Positions 56,156 through 64,000 of a DNA stretch of 64,000 nucleotides are shown here, one piece after another (positions within the stretch are counted from its first letter, which is position 1; each line of letters begins with the position of its first letter). This stretch comes from Candidatus Heimdallarchaeota archaeon (GTDB taxonomy: Archaea; Asgardarchaeota; Heimdallarchaeia; Hodarchaeales; Hodarchaeaceae). The notes under the pieces were generated by a model, which was given only the letters and a program-made list of their open reading frames with translations, did not search any database and was not told the DNA's origin. The DNA lies in NCBI GenBank assembly GCA_048881705.1, contig JBHLSH010000004.1, positions 34,015-98,014 of the forward strand. Direction: 5' to 3'. The position numbers and the translations under genes are program-made.

Positions 56156-58390
56156 CTAATCTTTCTCAAGCAATGCGAGATAATGTCTTAATTCGCTACT
56201 CTCATCGCCCCTGGTGGATGTTGATCCATCATCATCTGTAATTTTCGGATGAATAGAAATTGATTTAGTTCTGATAAATTCTTGGATGGTGGCGTAAATA
56301 ATTCGGCCCGCAAATTCGGCAGCAGCCTCAGACTCAATTGGGAGCTGCATAGCCTCCTTTAACAAACCTTGAAGCTGATCAATGGTGACGGTCTCAGCAA
56401 CATTCACATAACCGATCGGATATCCTCTCTGAACAAAATCGATAATGAATCCTTGTTTGCCCTTGGAGACGGAAAACGCAACATTTTCGCTATCAGGAAT
56501 GCGAATATACTTTCCTTCTACCTCTATCTCTGTTGGAATAATAAAATCAATTGTTTCAGTTGAATATCCCTCTAATTTTCGCGTTCTCTTGGCGATTACT
56601 TCGCTTGTAGAACCTAGGTTTTCCGCAAGAATCTGCTGTAGAGATTCATGGATAATCTTGGCGGCAAACGACATGGAAGAGACCCCGTCTTCAAAAATCC
56701 CCATGCCTTCTCTCCCCAATCCCAGTTCGTACGCTAGAAGGTAGAGAATTTCGTCAGAAGAGATTTCTGAGGAAACAGTAGAACTACCAACAGTTTCTTT
56801 CGTTCCTGTATAATCCTGAAGGAAAAAAGTAATATGGGCGTTAAGGGAATCATCGATAATATCAATTTTGAAGCCCAGCCCAAGCGTATTTGGAAGGGTG
56901 ATTACACCGTCCATAGCTTCGGTTTCTATTGGTATGGCGATCTCTGCCACAGATTGTTTTACGGGTTCTATTGTTTCACCCTCTGGCATTCCCTCCACGA
57001 TGATTTCTTTTGCCTCGGGTTGTTTGATCCCGGTAACATTGAATTTTTCGATAATTTCTCTAATAGACATTGAAGGCCTTTCCGTGACCAAGATAAGACA
57101 CTTGACAATGTCTTCCTCCCTTAATTCGTTTTTCATGTATACAGAGAACAAATCTAGCAGGACATCATGATTTAAAACTCTAGATTTTTCTTCTCCTTGT
57201 TCTTTTTTAATGAAAGGTAGATATTTCAATAAGATATCAAGACACAGTCGTACAGGAACCCCAGATGTTGCCGCCATTTCGAAAATGCTTGAATAGCCAG
57301 AGTTTACAATATCTGTTGCCTGATCAACTTCTAATCTATAAAATTCAATTAAATGGGTAACCCTCGGATTTAATACCGTTGACTCGGCTTTCGTACCAGC
57401 CTGAGTAAGAGGTACAGATATATCTGATTCTACTGTTTGTGAACTAGATTTAATTTCCTTAAAGGGATTCAAGTCCCTTTTATCACCTGTCACGGGAGGA
57501 ACCCACGGAAGAGGGGCTGTTTCATCTTTTTCGATGTGATCCAACACAGGTTCGACTAAAATCTCTTCATCTGCGGCATCTCCCAGATAAACGAAATCCA
57601 ATTCTGCCCGAGTTGGCTTCTGAGTAGCAGACTTCATTAATGATTGAAGTCTTTCTAGTACTGCTGGATCACCAGCAATTTTTGTCTCGACGGGAGGTAA
57701 TTGTTCTTCAATTATTGGCTGAGTGGTAGGTTCACGAAGAGTCATGACCTCTTCGTGAAATTCTTCGACTTTCCCTATTTCTCGACCATTCACAAACTCG
57801 CTCCGAGCAATTTTTGGCAAGGTTAATTCTATGATTCTGCCAAACGAGTTGATTACTGTTTCAGGTCGGTAAATGGTAGTTCGGAAGAAGGAAATCCGTC
57901 TTCTTGACGCTTCAAGCTGGAATTGCTCTTTTAATTGCTCGTGAATGGATTCGTAATTAGGAGATTTGACAACTAAATCGTTCTTGTGCAAGAAAACAAA
58001 TATCTCCGCCTCCGGAGAGAATGAATGCAGTTTCTCCAGACATCCCCTAAAATACTGTAAAGCATTATTACGGGTAGTACGATTCGCTACATCAATCAGG
58101 AATATAAAGATCTTGACGCTACTAAATACAAAAGGACTAAACCCGGACAAAAATCGTTTTAAGAAAATCTTTTGGCCACCCAAGTCGACGATGGTAATTG
58201 GAGTCTCTTTTATTATTATAGACATTCTTTCATAATTCAAAGTTGCAGAGAGGTTCTTGACATCTTCTGTCTGTTGTTTGAGGAAAAATATTCTTTTTAT
58301 TGCCGTTTTTCCCGCCTCACTCAGACCGGCAATCAAAATCTTATGTCCCAATCGTGTGGCTATTTCGGAATCAACAACCCATTCCATCAT
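56156..58390 (-). CDS. Rag-like GTPase (paralog 3) with a long C-terminal extension
   Basis: G1 GLSEAGKTA, G2 ATLN, G3 DLGGQ, G4 HKND, G5 TTIY in the first 190 aa; then a Pro/Glu-rich linker and about 400 aa of non-roadblock sequence. Confidence 0.85.
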   Translation of the reverse strand: MMEWVVDSEIATRLGHKILIAGLSEAGKTAIKRIFFLKQQTEDVKNLSATLNYERMSIIIKETPITIVDLGGQKIFLKRFLSGFSPFVFSSVKIFIFLIDVANRTTRNNALQYFRGCLEKLHSFSPEAEIFVFLHKNDLVVKSPNYESIHEQLKEQFQLEASRRRISFFRTTIYRPETVINSFGRIIELTLPKIARSEFVNGREIGKVEEFHEEVMTLREPTTQPIIEEQLPPVETKIAGDPAVLERLQSLMKSATQKPTRAELDFVYLGDAADEEILVEPVLDHIEKDETAPLPWVPPVTGDKRDLNPFKEIKSSSQTVESDISVPLTQAGTKAESTVLNPRVTHLIEFYRLEVDQATDIVNSGYSSIFEMAATSGVPVRLCLDILLKYLPFIKKEQGEEKSRVLNHDVLLDLFSVYMKNELREEDIVKCLILVTERPSMSIREIIEKFNVTGIKQPEAKEIIVEGMPEGETIEPVKQSVAEIAIPIETEAMDGVITLPNTLGLGFKIDIIDDSLNAHITFFLQDYTGTKETVGSSTVSSEISSDEILYLLAYELGLGREGMGIFEDGVSSMSFAAKIIHESLQQILAENLGSTSEVIAKRTRKLEGYSTETIDFIIPTEIEVEGKYIRIPDSENVAFSVSKGKQGFIIDFVQRGYPIGYVNVAETVTIDQLQGLLKEAMQLPIESEAAAEFAGRIIYATIQEFIRTKSISIHPKITDDDGSTSTRGDESSELRHYLALLEKD

Positions 58391-59084
58391 CTGCGGTTGA
58401 TCCTTCTTTAAAAAACCGCCATTAAACGGCCTTTGTTATATTTGGTCTATTAAATCAAGTATGATATAAACAAGCTCATCGAGTAATAAGACTCCGTCGG
58501 ATTAAATCTGAGTAAATATCTAAAAAATGTGACTAAATACCTTGTTCGAGTTTTCTTGTCTAAAAACAAATGGAAAACCGCGATCATCTCAACTAACCGT
58601 TTTTAATATATATTTGTGGATTCAAAGAATATAAAGGATTAGATTATTAAAAAGAATTATCAGTGAATCGGAAATGGGTGGTATGGTAATAAAAGCAGGA
58701 GGAACGAGGGGTATTAGCTCCGAACTATTTGCAGCAAAAACTAACGACTATTTGACACAATATTGTGCCATAATTTACCATTTGAATCGCTAGAAGAGCA
58801 ATAAAGTTAATGCGTTCAATATAGAATTTATTACATCCAGAACCAGTTTTAAATTTTGGTTTTATCCATACACTAGTCTTTTAATACGCCTCAACCTTCT
58901 TCTGGCAAATATATTGAAAAAGATATCTCAAGATGATCCGTTTTTGGCAATATCCATATCGTGTACCTTATTGAACGATTTTACAAGCCTAAAACCAAGG
59001 CTGATCGAAAAAGTCCGTTCTTATAGGATATCCAATATCAAAGCGCTTATTTTGACCCGATATTGATCGAGAAGTATGCGTATA

Positions 59085-60131
59085 TTACTTGCGTAGTTGA
59101 CGATGTATATCTAATAGATCCGTTAGCAGAGCATATCCTGTAGGCGCTTTTCCCGCGCCTGGGCCAATGATCGTTATATCTCCGAGATATTTTGTAGAGT
59201 AAGTGAGTGCGTTGGTTGGTCCGCTGACCGCCGCCAATGGATGAGTTAGTGGAATCTGTTCGGGCCTGACAGAAGCTTCCACCGAACCATCTGGATGGAT
59301 TTTGGCTTTCGCGATAAGCTTCCAGCACTTGCCTGCTTGTGAGGCGGCTTCTATATCCCTAACCGTTAAATGAGTTATCCCTTGACAAGGGACTTGATCT
59401 TTGGTAATTTTTCCACCCATTACTACATTCGAGAGTATTACAATCTTACCTAAGGCATCATATCCTTCCACATCCGCAGTTGGATCTGCTTCTGCATATC
59501 CAAGCTCTTGTGCCCTTGCCAGAGCTCTCTCGTAGCTCTGGCCTTTAGCCATCTCTGTAAGGATGAAATTTGTTGTCCCATTTACGATCCCAGCAATTTG
59601 AGTAATTTGAGATCCAGCTAAGTTTTTGATGCCAAGATTGATCGCGGGGGTTCCACTCAATACGGTACCTTCAAATTTGAGCTGCACTCCATTTGCAGCG
59701 GCCATATCCAGAAGCATTCTAGCCTCCAATGCAACGGGACCCTTATTGGTCATAACCACATGTTTAAAGCAAGATATGGCCGTTTTCACGTGCGTGAGAG
59801 CAGGTTCCCCCGTTGTGATATCTGTCCACGAAACTTCGATTATGACATTTGCGTTAGTATCTGTAATGGTCTTCAGACTATCCCATCCATGGATACCAGC
59901 AGGGTAGTCTGTTATCGAATCATGTTTTGCCACCAGCTCTAGGAGCTTTGGTAGATCAAGACCACCTTCGTCGTATACTGCACCTTTTATTTTATCCGAA
60001 ATTGCCACTACGGAATAATCGAATCCAAATTCCTCCTTTAAAATGTCACCTTGCTCAACCAGGATTTCGGCCAGCCCTTGCCCTACGGTTCCAAAACCGA
60101 TAAACGCCAATCTAAGCTGTGTGTCCTTCAT
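59085..60131 (-). CDS. hom: Homoserine dehydrogenase
   Basis: GFGTVG Rossmann motif, VVMTNKGP, FEGTVLSGTP, GIVNGTTNFIL, GYAEADPTADVEGYD, GPGAG. Confidence 0.93.
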   Translation of the reverse strand: MKDTQLRLAFIGFGTVGQGLAEILVEQGDILKEEFGFDYSVVAISDKIKGAVYDEGGLDLPKLLELVAKHDSITDYPAGIHGWDSLKTITDTNANVIIEVSWTDITTGEPALTHVKTAISCFKHVVMTNKGPVALEARMLLDMAAANGVQLKFEGTVLSGTPAINLGIKNLAGSQITQIAGIVNGTTNFILTEMAKGQSYERALARAQELGYAEADPTADVEGYDALGKIVILSNVVMGGKITKDQVPCQGITHLTVRDIEAASQAGKCWKLIAKAKIHPDGSVEASVRPEQIPLTHPLAAVSGPTNALTYSTKYLGDITIIGPGAGKAPTGYALLTDLLDIHRQLRK

Positions 60132-60189
60132 TTTACGTATCCTCTTTCGTTTACTCGTTTCTACTTTAAATTGATAGATACATGATTGA

Positions 60190-61347
60190 TTAGGAAAATA
60201 CGGTCTTCATTCGTTCCATGGCTTTATCAATTACTTTAATCGAAGTAGCATATGAAAACCTAAGATACCCCTCACCGTTTGATCCAAAAAGTGTTCCTGG
60301 AATACACGCAATGGCAATCTTTCTTAACAAGTGATTTGCAAGATCCCTAGACGTCATTCCTGTTTGTTGGATATTTGGAAATGCATAAAATGCTCCTTCG
60401 GGTGTTTTACAGGTGAATCCTGGAATTTCGTTTAGACCAGAGACAATACGGTCTCTTCTCTTCCGAAAAATGGCCATCATATGATTTAATTCATCCTGCG
60501 GTCCCTTTAATGCTGCAACACCTGCTTTTTGGCTGAATGACGAGACGCATGATACCGTTAGGGCTAGAAGAAGACCACTTCGATCGATCAGGTCTTCGGG
60601 TCCTATCATATACCCAAGTCGCCATCCTGTCATTGAATATGCTTTACTGAATCCATCAATTATCACTGAATGGTTTTTAGCTTGATCTCTCATAGAAACA
60701 GAAAAGAATTCACGATCATAGGTCATCTTAGAGTAGATTTCGTCGCCAAGAACATAAACATTATGTTCCTCCGCGAGCTCTGCCACTCGAGCCAGCTCCT
60801 CTTTAGTCATCATTGACCCCGTCGGGTTCATAGGGGAGTTGACTATGATTGCACGCGTTTGGGGGGTTATTTTTGCTTCTATATCATCGGGATCGATCCG
60901 AAACTCGTTCTCTTCTTTTAAGGGGATGGGAACACCTTTGGCATTCATGTATGAAATAACGGCTGCGAAGGAGGGGAAGCTTGGGTCTGGATAAATGATT
61001 TCAGAATGATGGGGATCTCGGACAGCCGCCCTCATCATGAAATAGATACCAGAATTTGCACCTGGAAGTACAAGGATCTGGTTTAAAGTGGGCCGAAATC
61101 CACGCGTTTTTTCAATTTCATCCTGAATTGCCACTTTTAACTCTTGAATCCCCGTTGTGGCCACATAGCTCGTAAAATTTTCGTCAAGCGCATCCTTTGC
61201 TGCGTTTTTAATATGATCTGGAGTTGAAAAGTCTGGCTGTCCGATTTCGAAGTGCAGCACGTCTTTTCCCTCCCTTTCTAGAGCCGTGGCCTTATCTAAG
61301 ATTTCAAAAATGCCAGCACCAGTACGTAAACGGTTGAAATCGATCAT
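60190..61347 (-). CDS. Class I/II PLP-dependent aminotransferase (aspartate aminotransferase-like)
   Basis: FEIGQPDF, NSPMNPTG, DEIY, FSKAYSMTGWRLGY (PLP lysine), GEGYLRFSYA. Start set at ATG 61347, 7 nt after the upstream stop. Confidence 0.92.
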   Translation of the reverse strand: MIDFNRLRTGAGIFEILDKATALEREGKDVLHFEIGQPDFSTPDHIKNAAKDALDENFTSYVATTGIQELKVAIQDEIEKTRGFRPTLNQILVLPGANSGIYFMMRAAVRDPHHSEIIYPDPSFPSFAAVISYMNAKGVPIPLKEENEFRIDPDDIEAKITPQTRAIIVNSPMNPTGSMMTKEELARVAELAEEHNVYVLGDEIYSKMTYDREFFSVSMRDQAKNHSVIIDGFSKAYSMTGWRLGYMIGPEDLIDRSGLLLALTVSCVSSFSQKAGVAALKGPQDELNHMMAIFRKRRDRIVSGLNEIPGFTCKTPEGAFYAFPNIQQTGMTSRDLANHLLRKIAIACIPGTLFGSNGEGYLRFSYATSIKVIDKAMERMKTVFS

Positions 61348-61354
61348 AAGCGGA

Positions 61355-62683
61355 TTAACCTCGTTTATGATGTAGATTTTCAGCAGCAATAAAAGCGATA
61401 CCGTTTTCCGTTAAAAGCCGCGCAGTAGTGTTTACAGCTTCATGTCGATCGAGATAGTTGATTAGGAGCGCATCCCAGTCACCCGATTCCACAACCTCTT
61501 TCTTTTCTCTAAAATAGTCGAGAATGTCAGTTGGATGATCCCGAATTTGTTCTACTTCAACATTCCCGCCTTCATGTTTCGCAGAGATATTTTTGATCGA
61601 TTGCGCCAATTGGACCAGTTCATGGCGCCTATCATATGGTTGACGAACGATGCTTTTCCAAGTCTCAACAATGTGATGTTCTAATCTAACAACTGATTCA
61701 AAATTGAATTCCTTGCGAATATATGCACACAATTCGATGGTTGAGTTATTTACAGAATTTGACAGGTTAAAACCGATTAAAGGGCTCGTACCATCCTCCC
61801 GTTCAAACAATTTTGCGGTAAATAAAGTCCATAGGACAGAGTAGGGATTGTCATTTCCCATGAATACCGATATTTTGAATTCATTATCAATTCCCAGCTT
61901 GTAGAGGAAGTAACCCAATAGTACGGTCCCAGGATTAATATTCAAAACCTGTTTAATCCCATAATGGGTGTAATAGTAAAGATACTCATCGAGCCATTTG
62001 AGGGCAAACTCATTTGGTTGGCCTACTCCGCCAAAATAACCCGTGATTGTATCTGGCCCGCCCAAATGCACATTCACCGGTGCACCATCAAGGCCTGGTG
62101 CGGTTCCTTTTGTATCCAAGGTCTCGACATAAGAGGCCCCAATAATTTGCATCGCGGCAATCATCGCAAGGAGATCGCCATCCTCTTCCTGTTCCTTCAT
62201 GCGCCGAACCCGAATTATACGCCCTGGCATTAACTCCCGCCTTTTTACCGCCTGCTTGGCCTGCATTATCAGGAACGGGAAATATTGGCACGCAGAGAGC
62301 TCGAGAGTGACAGCAAATGCCTCATCAAAATCCGTCTTTCTATATCGTTCCCCTAGTATTTTTTGCCTATAAGATTCTATATCTATAAATTCCCCTTGAT
62401 CTCTTTGTTTAATCAACCATTCAAGATCTTCTCGATACCTTGCATCGTTAATTCCAACTTTTTCAAGGATGTGTTCAAGATTTGTAGCAGCCTTTGCCCT
62501 TCTGTTAATCTCCTCTATTCCTCCATACTTGTCAATTAGACCAAACAGGTCGTTGGTTAGGGGATTGTCTTCTAATACCAAAAACCGATTAATTATTTCT
62601 AATTTCTCTTTAGAAACCTTCAACCTTGCTCGTAGCTGATTCCAATCTGCCATGCTCCAAACTTCCATAGTTTTAGGTGCCAT
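61355..62683 (-). CDS. Hypothetical soluble protein, first gene of a probable operon with the aminotransferase and hom
   Basis: Long ORF with enzyme-like Gly-rich stretches (VHLGGPDTITGYFGGVGQPN); no family recognised. Confidence 0.7.
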   Translation of the reverse strand: MAPKTMEVWSMADWNQLRARLKVSKEKLEIINRFLVLEDNPLTNDLFGLIDKYGGIEEINRRAKAATNLEHILEKVGINDARYREDLEWLIKQRDQGEFIDIESYRQKILGERYRKTDFDEAFAVTLELSACQYFPFLIMQAKQAVKRRELMPGRIIRVRRMKEQEEDGDLLAMIAAMQIIGASYVETLDTKGTAPGLDGAPVNVHLGGPDTITGYFGGVGQPNEFALKWLDEYLYYYTHYGIKQVLNINPGTVLLGYFLYKLGIDNEFKISVFMGNDNPYSVLWTLFTAKLFEREDGTSPLIGFNLSNSVNNSTIELCAYIRKEFNFESVVRLEHHIVETWKSIVRQPYDRRHELVQLAQSIKNISAKHEGGNVEVEQIRDHPTDILDYFREKKEVVESGDWDALLINYLDRHEAVNTTARLLTENGIAFIAAENLHHKRG

Positions 62684-62906
62684 ACTAATGGTGAAACTTG
62701 TGTGTTCGAGAATACTCTTCAGCTTTGCGTTAGATGGCTAAAAGATAGATACCCAAGTGGAATAGTAGGTCTTCTATTCTCGCAATATATTGAAAACCGT
62801 AGTATTCGGATGAAGTCAAGGAAGAAGAGATAGGTTTTAAATCCACTCAAAGATAAAATGTCCTTTAATTAAACTAGCTCCCTAACAGGGAATTCAGAAA
62901 AAATCT

Positions 62907-63344
62907 GTGAAAGTCATGGATCTCGTCTTCTCAGCTTTCGATGAAAAGGTAGGGCCAATCGCCATTTTCTCAACTATAGAAGATCCCATTTTAACAAAGA
63001 TAATAGCGGCAAAGTCCATAATATCAGCATTTCGTCTTGTAGATACTTCTACATCACACCCTTTAGAGGGTGAGGTCATTATTCCATTCCCTCAAGAAAA
63101 AAAAGTTGTCTTTATCTATTGCACGGAACTCGATCAAAAAACTAACAGTGGTGATCGTCGAATGATCACCCTATCGGCCGTTGTCGATCAGGATCAGAAT
63201 AATCAACTTTATTCGAAGGCATCGGAACTTTCACGTTCCGCCGCCGAAATTCGGGATATTCTCAATACCAACTACGCTTTTGGACAACCTCTAAGTCAAC
63301 ACTTGATGAACCGATTAGAAGAATGGTCGAGAGTCATTCCGTGA
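62907..63344 (+). CDS. Stand-alone longin/uDENN-like domain protein
   Basis: LVFSAFDEKVGP parallels FFDQRHGP of the receptor tails; longin-sized beta/alpha pattern, 145 aa. Confidence 0.6.
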   Translation: MKVMDLVFSAFDEKVGPIAIFSTIEDPILTKIIAAKSIISAFRLVDTSTSHPLEGEVIIPFPQEKKVVFIYCTELDQKTNSGDRRMITLSAVVDQDQNNQLYSKASELSRSAAEIRDILNTNYAFGQPLSQHLMNRLEEWSRVIP

Positions 63345-63434
63345 TCTCTTTGGAGGCATCCCCCAACCTCCCTTTCGCTCCTTCACCGCTAATTGCGCTT
63401 GTTTTTAAGGTTATGATTTGTTCCAAAGGAATTC

Positions 63435-63689
63435 CTACTCGCTCTTCGGTTTCGTCTCTGGAGGGGGCAAGTATTGATCTTGAACAATTTGTAACGCTTC
63501 AAGGAGCTCACGAAGTTCCCATGCACCAAGCTGGATACTCATAGCATCTCCCAATTTCGTGTTATAGGAACGTCCGTTTATGAAGGAAATCCCGAGATTC
63601 TTGTAATCGCCCTTTTGGGTAACAGAGACCACTATTTTCCCCTCAAATTTTGCATTCACCCATTTATCGTATAATTTATCAGCTGACAT
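63435..63689 (-). CDS. Small hypothetical protein, possibly PC4-like nucleic-acid binding
   Basis: 84 aa; several short strands then a helix (IQL-x-x-WEL-x-EL-x-EAL), loosely PC4-like. Confidence 0.4.
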   Translation of the reverse strand: MSADKLYDKWVNAKFEGKIVVSVTQKGDYKNLGISFINGRSYNTKLGDAMSIQLGAWELRELLEALQIVQDQYLPPPETKPKSE

Positions 63690-63832
63690 ATGCCTGCACC
63701 TATTTTGTCACGAAATTGTTGTGCGCCCTAAACTATTTCCGTTTGACACCGTCAGTGCATTTTGAAGGTATATTTAACTTTAGCGGTTAATTTACTTTCC
63801 ATCCCCTGTTTGAGTAGAAGGTAAAGTAGAGC

Positions 63833-64000
63833 CTAAGGAGTGGCCCGATTTATTAAGCGTGGATATAGGCAAGCTTCCCGGATGTGATCGAGGTTTAGCA
63901 TGGTCTGCACTAGCCGTTCTAACCCCAACCCAAATCCTGAATGCGGAACAGTCCCGTACTTTCGCAAATCAAGATACCAATAGTATGGTGAGGGATCAAG
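63833..64000 (-). CDS. asnS: Asparagine--tRNA ligase, 3' end (enters from the right edge)
   Basis: Manual translation [55 protein letters not shown]; WYLDLR-x-YG-x-x-PH-x-GFGLG-x-ER is class II motif 3 of AsnRS. Confidence 0.9.
   Translation of the reverse strand, partial: LDPSPYYWYLDLRKYGTVPHSGFGLGLERLVQTMLNLDHIREACLYPRLINRATP

Noticed and set aside
58391-59084. AT-rich 700-bp spacer with a 12-bp palindrome CACAATATTGTG (58756-58767)
   Set aside because: A single short palindrome in AT-rich DNA is expected by chance; no terminal repeats, ORF or array found.
63833-64000. Slightly GC-richer right end that looked like a possible structured RNA
   Set aside because: It translates cleanly on the minus strand as the AsnRS C-terminus.
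1-64000. CRISPR arrays, tRNA/rRNA genes, transposases, integrases
   Set aside because: No regularly spaced short repeats, cloverleaf or rRNA-like sequence, or transposase/recombinase motifs were seen by eye. A tRNAscan/Infernal run would be needed to exclude small RNAs.

Overview
Archaeal chromosomal window, very probably from an Asgard archaeon. That is inferred from three Rag/Gtr1-like GTPases, roadblock and longin/uDENN-like domains, a PGF-CTERM-like surface protein and TATA-type promoters; the lineage cannot be fixed from sequence alone. The left third (1-28 kb) holds envelope and transport genes: a PLP decarboxylase (partial), two tandem 7-blade beta-propeller surface proteins, a PadR-linked heterodimeric ABC exporter, two MacB/LolCDE-type ABC systems, glycosyltransferases, CcdA/TlpA, an RHH + 7TM operon and a Ste24-like protease. 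The centre (28-58 kb) holds the main candidate system. Two giant single-pass proteins (3666 and 3065 aa; DUF2341/LamG heads, Ig/cadherin-like stalk) each end in a cytoplasmic longin domain carrying an 'RG' motif at the position of the arginine finger of the eukaryotic GAPs folliculin and SMCR8. Each sits next to a Rag-like GTPase gene. A third Rag-like GTPase abuts a soluble longin-fusion gene, and a stand-alone longin lacking the arginine lies near the right end. Hypothesis (inference, not demonstrated): a surface receptor-GAP / Rag GTPase signalling locus. Housekeeping genes are cysS, hom, an aminotransferase and the 3' end of asnS. No rRNA, tRNA, CRISPR array or intact mobile element was recognised. 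Family assignments come from motif reading, not database searches.
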